From positions 55,430,001-55,494,000 of the forward strand of contig OZ249436.1 of NCBI GenBank assembly GCA_965235115.1: a stretch of DNA of 64,000 bases, given 5' to 3'. This stretch comes from Laetmonice hystrix. Its lineage: Eukaryota. The notes beneath the pieces were generated by a model. The model saw only the letters and a list, made by a program, of their open reading frames with translations. It did not search any database and had not been told where the DNA came from. Position 1 is the first letter of the stretch, and each line of letters begins with the position of its first letter. The position numbers were made by a program, and so were the translations under genes. This document shows positions 62,393 to 64,000 of the stretch, in pieces.

Positions 62393-62856
62393 TATTCGAC
62401 TGAGCGGACGACACCCTATACTGCAGAAAGAATCGCGTAGAGGTACCAAGACATAACGTTGAAGGCGACGGGCACGTTCTAGGCGGAAGTGACGTATTAG
62501 AAATGTGGTCACATGTACACATGCAGCGTCCGTCAACTAGGACACGTGACCATTGTCAGTCCTTGTTCCAGGACAACATTATTGTTTCGTTGTGCTCCGT
62601 GTTACTCATTGATAAAATCAATACCGCAGTGCAGTGTACGCTTACAGACAGAACGTTGGCAAGGTTTCCAGGACAGGGTGAGATAGCTGACATGGACCTT
62701 GCATAAAATGTTACAGGTTGATGTCAAGCTTGATTTTATGTGTACAAAATGTGTACAGTGATCATAGCAGACCGATGTACATGTATGTGATTGAATTAGG
62801 CAAATATCATTGTATGATAAGATTATATATTGCATATCCTGGCATATTATTACCTC

Positions 62857-62862
62857 AATAAA
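62857..62862 (+). terminator. Polyadenylation signal of the PTP gene
   Basis: AATAAA about 465 nt after the stop codon, in AT-rich sequence. Confidence 0.5.
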
Positions 62863-64000
62863 ATATTTTATGTACAACATTATCGTCTATAGTTAAATTA
62901 TAGATTTCATAAAAGTAACTTGCCGGTGCCTTACTGCGTCATGCCTTTAAAGAATGTCGTGCCACTGATAGGCAATGAAACTTACAGCCACCAGGTGGCG
63001 ATGTTGCGACAACTTCTAGCATATGGGATGCCATCTTGCAGCAAATCCAAGAATCATCACTGATCTTTAGGGAGTTGTACTAAAATATGTAAGAACGTTT
63101 TGCATGTTTGTAATAAAACAACTACCCCAATCTGGTTTGTAATGTAGCGGCCCTGCTATATGATACTAACACATACCCTAACCTACAGTAAAATGATCAC
63201 TTAAACCTAATAGCCTTCAAAAAGACATAGTTCTAGGTTATCTTTAATTCAATACACCATTTTCGTTTACGCTTCAGCATAATGATCTACTGCAGTTCGA
63301 CTGCTCCGTGGCCTGTCGGCCAAGTTATCAGCGCGGAACCTCAATAATGCAAATAACCCATCTGTAGACGTTGGAACGGAACCATGATTTTGAAAAGAAG
63401 CAAAAGGGCGGGGGCGGGGGCGGGGCGGGGCGGGGGTGAGGTGGGGAAAACTGACGTTTAAAGGGTTAAACGTGTTCTTCCTGGCGACCGGGTGTTATTT
63501 TTGAACGATAGGGGCTGACGGAACCGCGTCAGAAACTCCTTTGCTGAGTGTTGACCGAATCTGACCTGTACGCCGCGAATATAAAGGGAGATCTAGCTTG
63601 GAAGGCGAGGAGGGACTGACAGCGACACGCGAGGTATGGATACGTCAAACAACGCCGAACTGCCAGACACTCCAGTTGCCACCGGGGGGGGGGGGGGGGG
63701 GGGGTCGGAGGGGAAGACTTTGAGAACTAGCAGTACCTAAGACGGAAGGTCTGCCTCTATATTAAATGGTGATTCGCCTGTTGTAATGTTCCCACGGAAT
63801 TTGGTGTAGGGGTTAAGGTTTGGGGTAGAGCCATGGACAGAGGTAAGCTTTCTTCTTTTTTTCTATAAGGTGAGAGGGTAGGGGTGGGCAGTGGGGTTCC
63901 AAGTATGCCGGACCCCCGCCCCCCGTTGACAAAAATGATTATATTTAGGACATTTTTGGTAAAACAGGAGTGTAAAAAATGCATTCTTTTAGCCAAAGGA

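Overview
This is intron-rich eukaryotic (invertebrate metazoan) genomic DNA, not prokaryotic; the repeat landscape resembles mollusc/lophotrochozoan genomes, but that is inference only. Two + strand genes can be spliced by hand with every exon phase consistent. (1) The 3' 19 exons (~1007 codons) of a YTHDC2-type DExH RNA helicase at 14549-31091: RecA2, HA2, OB fold, YTH domain and a long G/Q/S/N-rich tail. No upstream exons for it are recognisable in the first 14.5 kb. (2) A complete 14-coding-exon, ~1197-aa receptor-type tyrosine phosphatase-like gene at 48108-62392: signal peptide, mucin-like stalk, SEA-like module, TM helix and one PTP domain. Its WPD loop reads WPP and its P-loop reads HCSPGTGR, so it is probably a pseudophosphatase. 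Scattered splice signals suggest an unidentified - strand transcript in 1-12.3 kb. The rest comprises a 5'-truncated CR1/L2-group LINE, two large Helentron/DINE-1-like (HINE) elements in introns, many MITEs (some nested), SINE fragments and about ten minisatellites. The most unusual observation is an intronic 49-nt minisatellite that is a tandem amplification of a YTHDC2 3' splice site. There is no CRISPR array and no recognisable RNA gene.
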